A stretch of 6,480 bases of DNA from a virus (lineage: Duplodnaviria > Heunggongvirae > Uroviricota > Caudoviricetes), in IMG/VR virus record IMGVR_UViG_2537561716_000021, one strand, 5' to 3'. Under the pieces are notes generated by a model, which was not told where the DNA came from, did not search any database, and saw only the letters and a list, made by a program, of their open reading frames with translations. The position numbers and the translations under genes are program-made. Below are positions 5,934 through 6,480 of the stretch, one piece after another (the stretch's first letter is position 1; each line of letters starts with the position of its first letter).

Positions 5934-6110
5934 ATGGTAAATCTCCCTCAGGAATTGGGGTCACCTGATGTGTGGGCTGGTGGAGGTATTGGACTTATTG
6001 CAGGTCTGCTACTTCGCTACGTCCTCGTCAGGGTGCTTGTTGTCTTTAAACTGTTCGGTCGTACATGGACGCTTGACCTTAAGGATAACGACCATACAGA
6101 CCCCCGTTAA
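5934..6110 (+). CDS. possible small membrane protein (58 aa: MVNLPQELGSPDVWAGGGIGLIAGLLLRYVLVRVLVVFKLFGRTWTLDLKDNDHTDPR)
   Basis: Track ORF 5892..6110 begins with TTG. The ATG at 5934 has AAGGA 7 nt upstream. One clear hydrophobic helix (GIGLIAGLLLRYVLVRVLVVF). Lies in a GC-richer ~200-bp stretch between the AT-rich block and the IS end. Confidence 0.35.
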   Translation: MVNLPQELGSPDVWAGGGIGLIAGLLLRYVLVRVLVVFKLFGRTWTLDLKDNDHTDPR

Positions 6111-6142
6111 AATCCCTCCAAAACCCCCTGTACGAGATGGTA

Positions 6143-6480
6143 TGAACCGCCCCGGGTTTCCTGGAGAGTGTTTTATCTGTGAACTCAGGCTGCCAGATCA
6201 TCGTTTCCGATGGAAGCATAATAAGCTTTTTCTGCTTCTGCCGGAGGAGTATGGCCCAGCCTTCCCAGCAATCGTCGATTGTTATCCCAGTCCACCCACG
6301 TTAGTGTGGCCAGTTCCACTTCTGCCGGTTTTTCCAGCTCTTACGGTGTATTACCTCCGCTTTGTAAAGACCATTGATGCTCTCGCCATCGCGTTGTCAC
6401 GAGTCGCCTGTACTCCCTGTTGATGCCAGTAATCCGGCTTCTTTTAGTCGCTCCGTATAGGCCAGTGACACATACTGAGA
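6143..6480 (-). mobile_element. IS3-family insertion sequence, terminal part (IS629/IS1203-like as recalled), continuing past the window edge
   Basis: Terminal sequence TGAACCGCCCCGGGTTTCCTGGAGAG starts at 6143 and matches the IS629-group terminal inverted repeat as I remember it. Minus-strand translation from the window edge reads SQYVSLAYTERLKEAGLLASTGSTGDS and later ESINGLYKAEVIHRKSWKNR and AEVELATLTWVDW...GHTPPAEAEKAYYASIGNDDLAA, a DDE transposase OrfB C-terminus. Composition is visibly GC-richer than the rest. Confidence 0.7.
6185..6480 (-). pseudogene. IS3-family transposase OrfB, C-terminal portion, disrupted
   Basis: In the frame that encodes SQYVSLAYTERLKEAGLLASTGSTGDS there is an in-frame TGA at 6399..6397, exactly where the conserved YDNA motif should be. 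The conserved C-terminal tail is then in a different frame (shift near 6322-6327) and ends at TGA 6187..6185. Hand-translated. Confidence 0.5.

Noticed and set aside
5968-6423. Plus-strand ORF (151 aa) running into the IS
   Set aside because: Crosses the IS boundary at 6143 and is antisense to the transposase remnant. Pro/Cys-rich low-complexity translation. An artefact of the GC-richer IS sequence.

Overview
Read by eye with no searches run: this is an AT-rich, phage-like segment whose credible genes are almost all on the minus strand, ending at the right edge in a GC-richer IS3-family insertion sequence. From right to left the minus strand carries a tightly coupled four-gene operon (184 aa, 93 aa, 71 aa, HNH endonuclease 95 aa), a 109-aa gene, a ~440-bp ORF-poor intergenic region full of palindromes, a 236-aa and a 72-aa gene, and a 692-aa tail tape measure protein gene. 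The most unusual signal is non-coding: two copies of a bipartite ~100-bp element with conserved, mutually inverted flanks bracket the HNH operon, and a second ~36-bp hairpin-containing repeat sits upstream of the tape-measure gene and again in the long intergenic region. The IS element enters at 6143 and its transposase reading frame is visibly broken. Product calls rest on motifs recalled from memory; only the tape-measure, HNH and IS calls have real sequence support, and everything else is hypothetical.
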